Of a DNA stretch of 64,000 bases, positions 63,480 to 64,000 are shown in pieces (the stretch's first letter is position 1; every line of letters begins with the position of its first letter). Below the pieces are notes generated by a model. That model was not told the DNA's origin and did not search any database. It saw only the letters and a program-made list of their open reading frames with translations. Source of the DNA: Dicyema japonicum (taxonomy: Eukaryota > Animalia > Dicyemida); assembly GCA_011109175.1 (NCBI GenBank), contig RDEW01000009.1, positions 1,382,950-1,446,949 of the forward strand, read 5' to 3'. The translations under genes and the position numbers were made by a program.

Positions 63480-63960
63480 ATAGCGACCGCTGCGTGGCTA
63501 TTCCCTCTCAGGATGACGAGCGAGATTCGCTCAAATAACAAGGTGCGCTCAGGGGATCTGCTGAAATCCGATTCCCTAGACGACTCAAAAATTCCAGCGT
63601 TGCAGGCGCAAGGGAACCAAATGTCTCAACGGTAGTGGAACAAACAAAAATCATTTTGTAGAAAAGCGAAATTTGCCCGTTTAAACCTCTCGGCCTCCCA
63701 GCTGCCGAATGAGCTCTAGAGGCACTTGGAGTAGTTTGAGAGGGGCATACGTATCGGTGAGGTGACGTTCCAGACAAAAGGTTTCCTGACTTTAAAGGGG
63801 AAGATGGTCATCCCATCTGTTCGTGTCCTGTCATGTCTGCAAAGAACGACTCGATAACAGAGGGATGTCCAGTGGCGTCCAAAGCTCGCCTAACGACTTA
63901 GTTCAAACTCATGACTAGATGACACTAGCCTCCGACAACCGCATTGTCAAGATACCCTAG
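63480..63960 (-). mobile_element. CRE-like element 3' portion
   Basis: VETFGSLAPATLEFLSRLGNRISADP and a 3' end shared with the 10400-10545 and 57490-57600 copies. Confidence 0.75.
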
Positions 63961-64000
63961 GTTAAGGGGCGAGCGCGAAAGATTGGTGATTTTCTCTATT

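Overview
AT-rich eukaryotic genomic DNA in the standard code (TAA and TGA used as stops). A protocadherin-like gene plus an axonemal dynein point to a ciliated animal. Nearly all spliceosomal introns I traced are 20-29 nt, which is why the ORF track shows only fragments. That intron size in a ciliated animal suggests a dicyemid-type mesozoan, but this is inference. Host genes: condensin subunit NCAPG (3336-6300 +), GPN3 (11834-12706 +), DNAH10 (19525-35031 +, about 70 micro-introns), a divergent protocadherin (47687-49803 -), and unidentified intron-split genes (14241-14777 +, 37789-40492 -, possibly ~13.3-14.0 kb +). Intergenic DNA is a dense transposon graveyard: Ginger-type DDE elements, hAT-Charlie, Tigger, a tRNA-derived SINE, and CRE-, RTE-, R4/NeSL- and Jockey/I-like LINE fragments. 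The main finding is that the apparent 49-bp minisatellite at 59.5-60.6 kb reads on the minus strand as a 25-exon gene. It has a signal peptide, symmetric 27-nt micro-exons each encoding one 9-aa mucin-like repeat (ESTTPANSN), 21-24-nt phase-1 introns and a hydrophobic tail. Its 5' end is amplified upstream as ~530-bp tandem units. No CRISPR array or rRNA was found. Assembly gaps: N run at 7350-7657, single Ns at 339 and 62747.
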